DNA from: Selaginella moellendorffii
Lineage: Eukaryota > Plantae > Lycopodiophyta
Direction of reading: 5' to 3'
NCBI RefSeq assembly: GCF_000143415.4
Contig: NW_003314261.1
Span: forward strand, 5,420,360 to 5,484,359
Length of the DNA: 64,000 nucleotides
The notes under the pieces were generated by a model. That model saw nothing but the letters and a program-made list of their open reading frames with translations, was not told where the DNA came from and ran no database searches. Below are positions 35,314-48,349 of the stretch, piece after piece; position 1 is the first letter of the stretch; every line of letters begins with the position of its first letter. A program made the position numbers and the translations under genes.

Positions 35314-37656
35314 AGGCCGCTGCTCCACTGCTGGAAATTCCGGCTCTAGTGCTGGGGCCGAAGTGGCTGGGTTGACTGTTGAGTTGACTTTGGACCAAGC
35401 CTGCAGAGAAGAAACAAAGTGAGAATCAATGAATGAAACATAAGTTTATACTTTACCTGTCCGATGTTGCAAGAATTCGCAGCTGCTCTGGCTCTGCTGC
35501 TGATGGCTCCACGGGCTGCTGCTCAGATGTTGATGCTGATGCTAGCGGCTGTGGGGCTGGCAGAAGTAATGGCTGCAAGCATCACAAAAATCATCACAAA
35601 AAATCAACTCCAAAATTCACTCCTCTTTTAGTAATTTTCACAAGCTTTGAAGGTTTTATGTTTTCATGATAAGGTGAGTCTTAATGTTTTACTGATAATA
35701 AAAAATTGTGACTGATTAACTTTTTGAATTCAAATACAAGAGATTATTTTGCTTCATTGATAACACTCCAAAATTATAAAAATATAACTTGCTCAATTCT
35801 GAAGAATGCAAAAAATCTTTGCACTATTATATATTGTTGTTTAACAGTTGAAATCTTATTAGTTTTTTCTATTATTATAATTCTGTTCCAATTGTAAAAG
35901 TCTAGTGAAATCAGAATGAGAAGATGGTGCCTGTTCCCAGGAGCTCACCCTTAATCAAATTCACTTTGAAGTTGAGGTACTCATGATGTTTATATGTGTG
36001 CCTTGCCACCACTTTGGATTAAATTCCACGTTTTGCACGAGAATGCATTGGATTGGATTAAGCCAGCTTCAAAAATAAAAATGAAATCATTTGTGTTTTG
36101 ATTATCTATAGTAATGCTTTCAGTGTATTATCAAATGGAAAGCCTTTGACAAAATTCTTGCTAGGATTTGCGATGCCAAGTTTGTAGAATGATTTTCTTT
36201 CTTGAATTTTCGGAAAGCAAGGGTTTAATTTAAAGTTGATATTTTAGAAGTTAACTCGTATGAATTGATCAGATTAATCCTTGCTTTTCGGGAGAGCTGG
36301 AGATTGTTGCATTCTTGTAGCTCTGTCAACCACAAGAAAAAACTTGGAAAAGAAGGAAGAACGTACATGGAGAAATAGAAAACGAAACACCAGCAGTTGC
36401 TTGTTGCTGCGGTCGTCTTTGAAAATTTGCCGTCGTGTTTCCTCGTAACATTAGCATCAGGAAATTCTATGAGAAGAGAAATAGGAAGAAGAAAAGGAAA
36501 AAATCTTGACAAAGTTTACCAGTTTAACGACAGCTCAACCATTTCAGTTCCGCTAGAGCATTCGCATCAGGAACCCCGAGAATGCATAAAATCTTTCCCG
36601 GCACGACAATAAATGCTGCAAATCAACCGGAATGAAGTTTGGAACATGCTATAGAAAACCACAAAAAAACTCTGACCTCTCCCGGTGTTCTCGCGCTCCG
36701 CTGAAAACTTTGTCCTCCAAAGCCTGCTGCTCACGCAAAGATTGTCAGCAACAAAGAAATTCTTTCGAAGAACACAAGAATCACCTCAATGGTGCGACTG
36801 CCGGTGTAAACTTAAAGAACCGTTTTGTTGCGAGGGGCCAAAGCCTGCGTTTTCCAAGTTGTGGTGGATGGTACTCCTTTGCAATGTCTGTTAATGCCGG
36901 AAGGAGATTAACTAGGCCAAAAACTCGAGCATACCAAAGATGGTGTTCATCGTCTCCCCGAGAATGCCCACATATTTGTCCGAAAAGAGGAAGAACACTG
37001 CATAACAAAAGGAGCTTTGTGACAAACCAAATATATTTCCCAGGCAGAAGAGCATTTACCGTCAGCTTGATCCGATTCGCGTTTCTATACGAGCAAATTT
37101 TCCCCAGCTGCGAGCCACCGGATCACACGTTTAAATCCCAAGAGCAAAAGAAAGTGCTCTCGTGCGCGCTCGTGTCAGTACCTTGCTTTTGAAAAGCTCG
37201 AGGGGGGAAAAGCCTTGATCAAACCAATGTCCTCCTTGGATAGCTCAAGATTCGAGCGCTTCAAGGCTCTCTTCCTTTCTGCGAGGATCGAGAGAATCAA
37301 CGAGGAAAAAGAGAATGATAGAAAGAAATTTACCAAGTAGCCCTAAACTTCGCTTTTGTGACACGTGTAAACCCCAAGGTTTTTAGGGTTCTACGAGTTT
37401 TTTTGAAAAATTCTCTCTCGATTTTTGTTACTGATCGATCATGGGGAGTGGAAGATCGCCATGCTCGCTTGCTCAGGTATGGAAGTTTTTCTTCTCTTCT
37501 TTTCTCACTTAGAGGTTCTCGGTACAGATTGATTGAATGAATGGAGCTATGAGATCCTGTGTGTCTATTCCAACCCAGGGGTTTCCTTGGAATCCCTTGC
37601 CTATCTCTACGATCCACCTCTGGTCGATTCGATCAAACCTGGAAAATTTTGGGGAG

Positions 37657-39475
37657 CTAGAGGCCCGATGAGGCCAGGGTTATGTGCCGGTCCACCGCAT
37701 CTATCAGCTTCGTTGCCACTTGACCCGCAAAGGTAGATGTTCCTTCCATTATCTGCAAGAACAAACAAGGAAGCTTAGATCGTTTCTTTCCAAAGCTTCT
37801 AATGGATATCGCACAGGTCGATCGATCGACCAAGAACGAAAGATGGAAACTTGAGAGACGAGCGAGAGCTGGAAGATTACTGGCCTACCTTGGTGTTGAA
37901 CATGAAAATGTGGTGCTCGCCAATGCTGGCTCCATTGGCATGGAGCAAATCGAGGTGGAGCTCGTTCAAGCTCCTCAGCACCGCCAGGAGCACGTAGTTC
38001 CGCCGCCTCCGCTGGGTGAGCTTGATGTTTACTTCGTCGTCCACGATCCTGACGTCGATTTGCGTTCCCATCTGTGACGTTCTTTGCAGCCAGGAGCTCC
38101 GGAGCTGCGAGCCATCGCCCAGGAAAGTTGTCTCCTTGGACACTCGCGTCCCTCCCGGCTGGATGGCGGAGCTGCTCTCCATGTCCGTGACACCACCACC
38201 CTCGGAAGGATTGTCCGGCGACGCCTTGCAGCGCCTCTTGTTGGATCCACGCCGCTTCTCCTCGACTAGCAGCTGCAACTCCTGGACGGTTCTCTTGAGC
38301 TCCTTGACATACTCGATGGCGTCCGCGACGATGGAAGCTCTATCAGCCTGCGAAGGTTAGTTGGGTGAGAAGTGAGAATAGATCGATCGACGAACAGGAA
38401 AAAATGAAGCCAAAAAGGAATGCAGCACAGGATAATGGATCGATCGACAAGAGGAAAAAAAGAAGCAAAAAGAAAGGGAAATGCAGCACAGGAGAGTTCT
38501 ATATGCAAGGGTGGCCAGGCTGAAGATAAGAACCTTTGAGGGGTTGGGGACCAAGGATCTCAATGTCTGATACTTCTCGTTGAGATACTCACGCCGCTGC
38601 CGCTCCGTCGCGAAGTGATTGATGCCTCGGTTCTCGGCTCCTTTGCCGAAAGTGAAGTCCCTCTTCTCGAACAGGCTCGGGAAGAGGCGGCCCTCTTCGT
38701 GGCCGCCGCTGGTATCCCGGTCTTCCAAGTCGAGCAAGCCGGGAGGACGCATTATACCGGACTTTGAGCTCAGGTGGTGGTCGGAAGCATGAGGCAAGGT
38801 GTGAAGCAAATGCCTGAAGGAAGGCTGTGGAAGCAATTGCTGGCCGTGGACATGAGAAGAGTCGCCAATCTCTGCTGCGGTGGTGAAGGACGACAAGGCT
38901 CCTTGATGGCTCAGCTTCTTGGAGCTGACGGAGTTGAATGGCCCGGAGATGGTTCCTCCCGGCAGCGACGATGAGGCACAGCGCGGGAGCTGGAGGAGGC
39001 TCAGGAGCTCCGACTCTCTCCGGAACTTTGGTGGAGTGGAGTTGCCGAAGAAGTTTTGCTGCTGGACTTGGATGTGCTGCTGCTGCATAAGCATCTCCTG
39101 GAGGACATGGACGTTTTCTTCCCAGGTGGTGGCGGTGGCGGTGGAGGAGGCAGCGGTGGTGGTGTTGGCGGTGGTCTGCTGCTGGCTGTTTGCTGGTTGC
39201 TGCTGCTGCAACATGTCGTGGAGAAGCTGGCCATTGTCATCCAATTCGAATTCCACCGAAGGGACGTGCAGCTCCGAGCTAAGTTGCGGAGCGTCGCTGT
39301 GGATTTCTCCCAGCGCCAGATTCGAGGCCTCGAGTTGCTTCTCGAGCGTGTCTGTGAGATCCAGCAAACCGGTGCCATTGTCCGAATCCAGGCCCCCCTC
39401 CAGCGTGAAACTCTCCGAGGAGCGAGCAAAGTAGTTGTGATCCTCGTAAAGCGTGGTAGCCCCAAAATGCTGCAT
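37657..39475 (-). CDS. bHLH transcription factor, subfamily II (bHLH010/089/091, EAT1/TIP2-like) with C-terminal ACT-like domain; exons 39475-38534, 38347-37889, 37752-37657
   Basis: NHFATERQRREYLNEKYQTLRSLVPNPSK|ADRASIVADAIEYVKEL; SSWLQRTS..TQIDVRIVDDEVNIKL...LDLLHANGASIGEHHIFMFNTK|IMEGTSTFAGQVATKLIDAVDR. Start codon uncertain (alternative in-frame ATG at 39571). Confidence 0.88.
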
Positions 39476-41129
39476 TATGATCCTTCGCCTGGGCAGGAGA
39501 CAACGAGTAGAGAAGGATGTGTCAACGAGTGGAGAAGAAGAACAAGAACAAGAACAAGGTGCTGGAGGCATGGTGAGAACAAATTTTGTTTTCCACAGTA
39601 CCTTGTTTCTGATGTTTTCTCTGCTGCCTAGTTCATCTTGACGACGACAAAGTACCTCGGCTCCTGGTTCGCTGGTATGAACACCTCCCTGGAGGAAAGA
39701 AGGCGACGAAGAAGAAGAAGAAGACAACGGGACATTCAACAATATATAGCGACCGAGGCCGCTCCGTTCCGTTTCCCTCTTCTGTTCCGGTGCACGGTAG
39801 CAACGAACTCGGTTGCACGCAAACCAGTACTCGGAGTACCTCGGCTCATCTCGTTTTCTTCCACTTCATTCCAGCTCTGTTCTTTATTCCCTGCGAGTGA
39901 GGTGAGCTTCAAGGTGGGAAAGCGTCGGCGTTTACGTTTGTCTTCTTTTTGTCTTTCCTTTTTCCTGTTTTTCTTTTCTTTTCTTTTCTTTTCTTTCTTT
40001 TGTGCTTCTCTACTGACGGATGATATCGTAATTGTCCAGGCTCCGGCACCAGCAGGGTTACAACTCTTGGACAGTAGAGGGAAGACCATGCACATAGGAG
40101 ACTATCGTGCCCGCTATGTGCTGGCTTTCTAGGAGGCACGGAGCGAGGACCGGCTGGTACAGTAAATGTCCCAGCCCCTGACATACCTTACGAAGTTAAA
40201 ACGACGAACGCATACGAGAGGTACGTCATACATCCGTCATGCTTTACTCTTGTGCTTTGAGAATTTGTGCCTCGCTTCATACATCCGTCGTGCTTAAGTT
40301 GTGGTGCTTAGAGATTTTTGTGCTTGTGACATGGAGACGCCTTCTTTTGCATCTCTGTTTGCTTGTCTTTTGCTTGTGCTTCTTGTTTAGTTGAACCAGG
40401 CTTTGTGCTTGGCAGGACAGAATCCGATTCCCGTTTCTTGGCCTGGGTCAAAAATTAATCGTCTGGCATCTTTACTGCTGCCGAGCAAAGCTAAGTGGTT
40501 TTTTCGTTTAGCAGTTTGCATGGTATTTTAGTTTTCTCGATTCGCATCGACTCTTTTCGCCGGGCTTCTGATTTCAGTCAGAGTTGCGAGAAAATTGTCC
40601 TTAAGTTAGACGTTTCTGTCCCCGCACTTGCAAGCCGTCATATGATCTGAATAGAACCGTATGTGTCTGTCGTCCCCCCGTTGCTTACGTCTCTTGATTT
40701 GAAGGGAATTTTTTTTTCCAAGGCTCGCGAAACCGTGTCTACAGAGCTTCGCTTTTGGATGCTTCCGCATTGAGCCAGCACCACCATCATTTTCTAAAGG
40801 GGCACCTATCATGTGAACTCTTTGTCATTTCTTGCTTGCCAAGCCTATGTTTGGTGTGATGTGCAGCGGGTACTCAAACTCTGCCTGCCAAAGCTTGCGT
40901 GCTTATCTTTGATAGTTAACTAATCCCCCTCTCACTCTCCCTCCTTGCAGGCAGTAAGGCCATCTTCGTTGCTGTGCCGGCATGCAAATTAAAGCTCATC
41001 TCGTCCCCGCAAGCTCTCTACATCCCAGTACTCGCGAACGATTATGAACTGGCATCATGGTCTTCCACCAAACTCGTCCAACATGAGTAGCCGGAGGGGA
41101 ACAGTATACTTGAAGAAAGGAGGGGGAAT

Positions 41130-41172
41130 ATATATATATGCCCAAAGCATATATATATATATATATATATAT
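41130..41172. repeat. Interrupted (TA)n microsatellite
   Basis: Two TA runs separated by GCCCAAAGC. Confidence 0.85.
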
Positions 41173-44100
41173 CATTCCCAGTCCTCTCGCCAGTCTACGA
41201 CTTCGACTGGCAACTACAACAAAGGAAAGACACAATTTTGGCGAGAAGAAAACAGAGGAAAGCAAAAGGTGGAGGGAGGCACAGATTAAACTGGAGCATC
41301 GCAGAATCAAAACAGGAACAGCACCTATCACTTTCCGGGGGGAGGCATTGGAATTTTGGTAGGTGGCAGCGTCTCCATCGCGAAATCATTGGAAGGGATG
41401 AAGATATGGATCTCTAGTCAAGGCGCTGGGAGGGGTATCTTATACACTTTCATCAGTTTTTGGGAGGAGGAGGACGAGAAGGGGTCAAAGTTGGTTCCAA
41501 CGCGCTTGGGATGAGGCCGGGCTTTACCATTTAAAAATGGCAGGCTTTTGCACGGTTGTGCTTCCGGAGTACAGAGATTCAAAGAAGGCCGAAGGCTCCG
41601 AAAAAAGAGAGTTTTTTCTTCTCTTCTTCCTGTATACCCGGTATGTGTTTCTTTCTCTTCTTCTTTAACTTTTTTCCTTGCGATGTACACTCACAAGAAT
41701 TTGTAGATCGATCTGGAGCGCATCTAACACTCGAAAGTCATGGGCCGAAGAGAGCTCTCTCTCCCAATCCGAATGCTAGAAGCAGTGTGTCGGACTTTGC
41801 TTGTAAGGTATGTTGTGGATCATTTGCTTCTTTCGCTGGAATTTATTGTGTTGCTCCCGGCAGCGTCGTGAATCGTGATTGATTGGTTTCTCGTGATGCT
41901 CTTGCCAGGTTTGTTTCGGGGAGTTTTATTTCGTTTCGCCCCCGCCATTGCGCTTGTTTCCATCATCCATGGAATGATTGTCCATAATTGGTTTCGTTAG
42001 ATTGACTCACACAATGTGGGTGGCCTTTCATTCCTGGGCAAGTTTTGGTGTCGCCATTAAGGTTGATGTTCTTCTAACATCGCTTTATCTGTTCTTCTTC
42101 TTTTCTGGCTTTGCTTTGCCTTTCTTTTGCAGGCTCGCGCGCTCGCTCGAGCATAAATCCGGCATGCGGGGGTGGGAATATCCCCGCTTTCCTGCATGAT
42201 GTGTAACAAACTCACGGCCGTACGAGTTGGGACCACTTTTGTACGGCTGGGCGCGGCACATCCAACGGCTCTGTTTGAATTTGACGACGGTCAGCTGGAT
42301 ATTCCGCCTGGCTTGCGACTTTTAGGGTTTTAGACCGCTGCCCGGCGATGGATGCAGTGGATGGAGCTAGCTGATAGCGCTAGCGCTTCCACGCGGCTAG
42401 ATCTCTTTCTCAGTTCTTCCTTTTTCTTCTCGTTCTTTCTAACAGGCGAGCGCTTGGAATATTTATTGGAACACGTGAAGTCTCTGGCCAACGATGAAGG
42501 AACAATTGTACATCCTGGAATGCCAGACGTAAGTAACTCAGTGATGAGGATCCATGATTCGCTTGACTTCTTTTCTTAGGAGCCGAAGCAATTCACTGCA
42601 GTGGCTGCTCGTTCCAAAGACGAAGAAGAGTCGTTTGAAAGAAATCCGATCAATCGGTCATGAAGTAGTGAATGGCAGCTTTGTCAACACTGGGACAAAC
42701 GAAGAGAAAAGAGGGAGACCGTGCTACTCGGTTGACTTGTGTGGCGTATCTAATTCCCGGAGCTTGCATTTCTGCGAGGGACTTTTACTCCGCTACGATA
42801 TTCTCAACGTGCGTGCCTCACCTTGTTGAGCTAGTCCATGACGCCAGGTCCAACTGTTTCTAGCTTTCGGGATTTTTTGCGATTTCTTTCGTGTTTATGT
42901 TGATGTCTCACTGTCAGGGACGAGAAATCAGAGGCTTCCTACACGACTTAACGATTTTTGTGCTGCGCTGAGGATCACCAGGTTCGCTCTTTACAACATA
43001 CAACAAGATGCATTGGTTCTGCTTTGACTTCCTTCTTTGGTTTTTGTCTCTTTTCTTGCGATGGACTTCACGACACGGATTGATGTCGAGGTCAGAGCAA
43101 AGTATTCTAGTTTTCTAAAAGCTTCTCAGGCTTCTTTGCTTTTCGTTTTCCGTGCTGCGACAATCAGGAGGGAAGACTATGGCAACGGCACTCTCTTTTT
43201 TCTATACTCAGATCGTAACATCAACGCTTTTTAAGGTTCTTTGACAGGGATGGAGATGCTTTAGTTTTGACAAGAGCATTTGACTTGCAGCTAGTGTTAA
43301 TGGTTTGTGTTCACTTGGAAAGCATAGTGACGGCGACCAAACAAGTTTAGTACGATGGCAATGGAATTCCTTGACGTGCCCAGCGCTTCCACTTAAGACC
43401 TCGTTTCATGGCAGGGAAGCGATTCTGGCTGATAAATCGTGGTATTTTAATTTGTGGCATTTTTGCAGATATACTGTTTGGCAAGACCAAACGTTTTGCG
43501 TCTTTGTCCAAACACTTGAATGTGTAAATGGTGCTGTAGCTAGTACTGATGATGTTGTTGCTGTTGTGTTTGTCCAAACACTTGAGAGTGTATAAATGCT
43601 TGTTTCTCGTTCGCACATACATAGCATCTAGATCAAGCTCAGGATAAACCTGTCCATCCCAACATTGGATGATGATCCTCTAATAGTAGCCACCATAGGT
43701 GTGTTCCAAGTCATCTATAGCTTGAATGCCTCTCTTTACAACCTCCTTTGTGGAATGTTGCAAGGGAGGAGAGATGCTGCTTGATGTACTTGAAATTACT
43801 AACTATCATCATGATTTCTACTTTTTGCAGACTCTCCTGGTTGCATGTGGCAATTGACAAGCTCTGTCATCTCATTGTGCTGAGCCGGCCATGACATTTT
43901 GATTTCCCAGGCACCAGCTATTATGGCATTAACAGAATCCTCTTGCTTCATGATCTAGTAGCGATCTATGTTTGTATCCATGTTGATCTTTTGGACTGCT
44001 ACACGGCATGCCTCACGCTCTTCACAAGGAAGAGTTTCTTCAATCTGCTCAAGAAGAACAGCATAAGGCAAGGCAGATTGATTGACAACAAGCATCAATG

Positions 44101-45505
44101 GAAAGTTGAAAACCATGGTATCAAAGAAAGATAGTAATCAGAGTTCTTGTTCTTCTCCTCTTTACCATGCTTGCAAAGGAGAGAAGACAGGAGCAAAAAA
44201 GCAAAATTCAAGAAATGAACTCACACACTGACGAAGTCTTAAGAATAAAAGTGATTTGTCATACCCCATTGTGCGAATGAGAATTCTTGCTTGAATTGTG
44301 GGATATTGCAAATCTAGTCGAGGCTTGCAGCTCGGTATCTAGGAGTGACAAACCTTGATGGGTTCTCAATCCAGTGCATTAGGAACTTTTGAGCACTAGT
44401 ACTACAGGCTTCTTCCTCTATTTCAGATGCAGATTGTTGATATCATTTTGTAGAACAAGCTAAGCCTTAAGACCTGTTTTCAATCAAATAACATGTTTAA
44501 GATTAAAAGGATTAAATATACTTGCTTGCAGCCTCGAAATTTTCAGCTGGCTTGGAACGTTCTGAAGGTCAAAGAATCTCTGCATGAGTAGCACGCTGAA
44601 CCTGTGACATGCCTCGTGCTACATTATAAATATTCGCAAAATAATGGAATCTAGACGTATTCCCACTTGCTAAGCCAACGAGCGCTGACGTTGCGCAGTG
44701 TGTGGCGCTTGCGTGTAATAAAAGAGAATTTTTTCTCCTCCGTAATTTTAAGAGTTGGTGGGATTGTGATAATGCGTTAATGATGTGCTTGGTGGCACCC
44801 AATGGATTCTCCAAACAATGGATGGCAAAGAATCACCCAGCGAGAGCCCACCCAGAAATCATCCAAGCTCGAAAACAACTGGATGGAGAAAATTTTTAGG
44901 CAACATTGACACTGGTGATTTTATGATTGTGGTGCTGATTAAAATCCAAGCTTCTATCTCAAATCTAGCTGGCAACACAAATCCATTTAAGCAAGCTAGA
45001 CTTTGGACAAATGCCTCCCATTCTTGTCCGCTTGCATGGTGTGATGTGTGAAGTGTGGTGGACAAGTTTTGGGCGTATGCCGCAAGAATCGAGCCCACGA
45101 CCGAGCACATTCCAGGGCATATGCGCGAGAATTTTGCGCCAGCTGGCCGCCAGGCTGTCATTTTCTTGCCTTGGTTTTAGGCGTCGTCAAGGATTTAGGG
45201 TTTTATGATTTTTTCTGTGCGAGCAGGGGAGGGCGGGGCGATCCTCTCCACCGCCATAGCCAGCAAGGAGATCGATCGGTGATCGGCGCCGCCCTCCCGT
45301 CTCGGTAATCCGGGCCGCATTCCCTGCGATCCAACGCGCAGATCTTTTGTTTCTTCGTTTTTTTCTCCCCTTTTTTTCTTTCTTTCTTTGGTTTCGAGCT
45401 TCGTTTCTTCGTAGCCTCTATAGAGTTTTCTTCTCTTTCGATCTGCTTTTCTTCTTTTCGATTCTTTTGTATATTTGGTAGCGAGCTTCAAGCTAGGCGA
45501 GGGCG

Positions 45506-46459
45506 ATGAGCAGCAGTGTGACGGCAGTGCTCGAGGAGAGGTCGACGAACCATCAGGAAGTAAGCGAAGAAGTAGTAGCGATCCCAGAGGGCGCGGCCAC
45601 CAAGCCCTTCTCCGCGTTTGGATCATACCGACAGCGTCACGGGGATGTGGAGAACATCAATTTCAAGGCTGGGATGTCGTCAGAGGCGCCGGCGATACTG
45701 GGCTCAGTCGCTGGCGGCGGCACGGATCTCGTCCAGGGCGGCGCTCACGGGAGCAAGAGCGCGCCCGTGAACATCCCCAGATCCTCGGGAAGCGGAGGCG
45801 GCAGCAAGGATCCGGGGATGCGCCGCAGGGTTCTTCGCCCCAGGAATCGCGAGGTGGAGCTGGACGAGGCCTGGGAGCGCAAGAGGGACCAGCATTTGCT
45901 CGAGGAGATGAAGCAGGCGACCGAGAATCGCCAGGCCCGAGCAGTGGGGCGGAGCGTCTCCGACTGTGGCGAGCGCCCGCTGCCACGGCTGGACAGCACT
46001 GCTCGCGCCGCGGATAAGACGCGGTTTCGAGCTCGCAGCTTGACCGACGAGGATCTGGACGAGCTGAGAGGAAGCATCGATCTGGGATTTGGGTTTAGCA
46101 ACCAGGCGGATCCCCGGCTGTGGAACACGCTCCCGGCGCTGGAGCTGTGCTACGCGATCAACCAGCAGTACCAGAACAAGGGCTCTCCCGTTTCGACGGT
46201 GGACGACGATGGAACAGGCAGCGATGGGACTGGCAGTCCCATGAATTCTCCCTCCTGGACCGTCTCCAGTCCTGGTAAGTTCTTTCAAGCTCTTTCATGG
46301 TTGCTTCCTTTGGTTTCGTATCGCTCATCGAAAGCGTGTTATCCTTTTTTCTTTTTCCGTGTAGGTGATCATCCCCAGCAAGTGAAAACACGAATCAGGC
46401 ACTGGGCTCAGGCGGTTGCTTGCACGATTCGCCAGAATTACAAGCATGAATCGTCGTGA
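45506..46459 (+). CDS. DUF1685-family protein; exons 45506-46274 and 46365-46459
   Basis: Family motifs SLTDEDLDELRGSIDLGFGF, TLPALELCYA, WTVSSPG|DHPQQVKTRIRHWAQAVAC; 90-nt GT-AG intron. Confidence 0.88.
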   Translation: MSSSVTAVLEERSTNHQEVSEEVVAIPEGAATKPFSAFGSYRQRHGDVENINFKAGMSSEAPAILGSVAGGGTDLVQGGAHGSKSAPVNIPRSSGSGGGSKDPGMRRRVLRPRNREVELDEAWERKRDQHLLEEMKQATENRQARAVGRSVSDCGERPLPRLDSTARAADKTRFRARSLTDEDLDELRGSIDLGFGFSNQADPRLWNTLPALELCYAINQQYQNKGSPVSTVDDDGTGSDGTGSPMNSPSWTVSSPGKFFQALSWLLPLVSYRSSKACYPFFFFRVGDHPQQVKTRIRHWAQAVACTIRQNYKHESS

Positions 46460-46460
46460 T

Positions 46461-46491
46461 GGTGGTGGTGGTGGTGGTGGTGGTGGTGGTG
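46461..46491. repeat. (GGT)n microsatellite
   Basis: About 10 GGT units right after the DUF1685 stop codon. Confidence 0.9.
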
Positions 46492-47000
46492 ATTCAGTAT
46501 GACAATCAAGACGAAGTAGAAAAAGCAAGAAGAACGAACCAAGAACAAGAAGAACAAGCGAGGTGCTAAGTACTCGAATAAAGATCATCGAGTTTACGAA
46601 AACACGAAGGAAGTGGAGGCGGCGCGCGGTCGTGAAAGAGAGATAAGCTTTCTAATCTCTCTCTCTCTCTCACACGCACAAGCAGGGCTTAACTTCTAGC
46701 TTATATACATACTTTCAAGACGTGGTTTTAGCTCTCTGACGATTCTTAGAGATTTCCAGCAACGCGCTTCAAGAATTCAACACCTTCAACAACACCCGCA
46801 AGCGTGTTGGTGGTGGTGTTGCTCGAGGGGCCACCGAGCTGTGTAAGTTGCCCGCATCATCCAGCTCGTCGTCGTTGTTTATAAGAAAATACTAACTACA
46901 AGCCAGCAGAATTCTTCCTCTTGTTTTTTCAATCTGTGTTTTTTTGTTTTTTTTTGTTCCTCGTTTGTGTGGGCCGGGCCTGCAATAGGTGTTGTGTAGT

Positions 47001-48349
47001 GTAGCGGAGCTGCACAGGCTTTGGTTTTGTTTTCTTTCTCGCGTTCTAACATGTTTCTCGGCGCTGGTTTAGCTTTGGGAAGCTTTTCCTCTCTTGTCTG
47101 AGCGGCTTTCGAGGTATTCGGCTTTGTTTTCTTTGCTTTCTGCCGCTCCTGTTTGTGGGAGACTAACATCGCAGCTGCTTTGTCCTGCAGATCTTTGACT
47201 TGGCCCGCACACGCGAGAAAAGGCATCCGAGCGAGAAGCACTGACACGCGATGGGGAAAGGTGTTGAGCAACAGGGTCTTGACACACATAATCGCTGTGA
47301 GTGCTTGGATCAGAAGCTCTAGCTAGCGACAGGAGGAGTGGGGCTCTCGCTCGATCAGGACGAACTCAATCAGGAAGAACAAAGCGAGAACAAAGGAAAG
47401 AAGTATAAAGAAGTGATCTGCAAACCGGCTGTGGAAACGTGGATCCAAGCCAAAAAATCTGCTGCTTGCCTTTGGTTGGCTGGCTGGTTTGGTTCGTTTG
47501 GTGGCGAGCGTATTGAAGAATTGGAAGGCGGATTTTAATGGGTTGGGTCACTGTTTGGTGGAGGTCTCTCCAAAAGAAATTCATTCTCGTTTTTATGTTT
47601 GGTTTCGCCCCCGGTCTTTTTCTTCTTTATTGAAAGCCAGGATTCGCTCGCGAAGATTTGGGAAGAATCATATGATTTTGAGCCGTTTGACCGTTGACCG
47701 CACGAGCCCTAGTTTTTATGAAGAGAAATTTACCGCCAAATTCTCTGTTGTAGGGTTTTTCTTCTTTCCTAGGGTTCTTGCTTGCGATGGACCAATCATC
47801 CAATCCCGCTGTTGGAGTCGTAGAAGGAGAGGAGGATCGGGCTCACTGGATCTCCGAGTGGCTGTGGCCATGGTGGTGGTGGTGATGGTGGTGTTGGAGT
47901 GCCGCCATGGCGGGGACGGGCTTGACGTCTATGTCAACAGAAGAGGTGAGCTGCCGCAGGTGAGCCGGATTGTTGCCACTGGAGTGGATTGGATTGTTTT
48001 TGATGAGTGCCAGCAGCTGGTGCTGGGTGCCTGGGTGATTGAAGGCTGCAGAGCTTGGGTTCAGGCCCAGCCTTCCCAGTTTGCTCAGATCTCACCAGTA
48101 TGAATTGCTGCTGCTTGGGGCTGGAGTTCATTTATAAGCTCTAGGTTTGACCCTGTTAAGTGGTGGTGGTGGTGGTGGTGTGAAAGTTTGCAAAGGTTGA
48201 AACTGAGTGGTGGTGCTATTGCTCCACCATAGCTAAGGAGCTGTAGGAGGTGACTGGAGAGGTTTGCTGGTGAGCATTGCTGCCTATCCTGGCTGATGAT
48301 AGCAAGAGGCTCAGGCCTTGTAGGTACTGCTGGTGCACAGATTCTTGCA
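47001..48349 (-). pseudogene. Partial duplicate of the SPL8 3' coding end plus downstream sequence (copy of ~53005-54359)
   Basis: Colinear direct repeat; the coding part has indels and substitutions (MNSSPKQQQFILVRSEQ vs [17 protein letters not shown]) and no SBP domain. Confidence 0.92.

Larger units (their letters stand above)
30040..37300 (-). pseudogene. Degenerate multi-exon gene of unknown product, interrupted by the LTR element
   Basis: Regular minus-strand GT...AG signals around short coding-like segments (e.g. PALEPEFPAVEQRPEQPPPAPAPEFPATSD after removing the element). Stops in all frames in some exons; no family recognised; limits approximate. Confidence 0.45.

Noticed and set aside
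21845-39475. MYB-bHLH-WD40 flavonoid cluster
   Set aside because: The WD40 is LWD-like, the bHLH is subfamily II rather than IIIf, and no MYB is present.
42350-45160. Multi-exon gene or PPR fragment (SILAAYAQN)
   Set aside because: Scattered splice signals and one PPR-like peptide, but no consistent frame; probably pseudogene debris that I cannot name.
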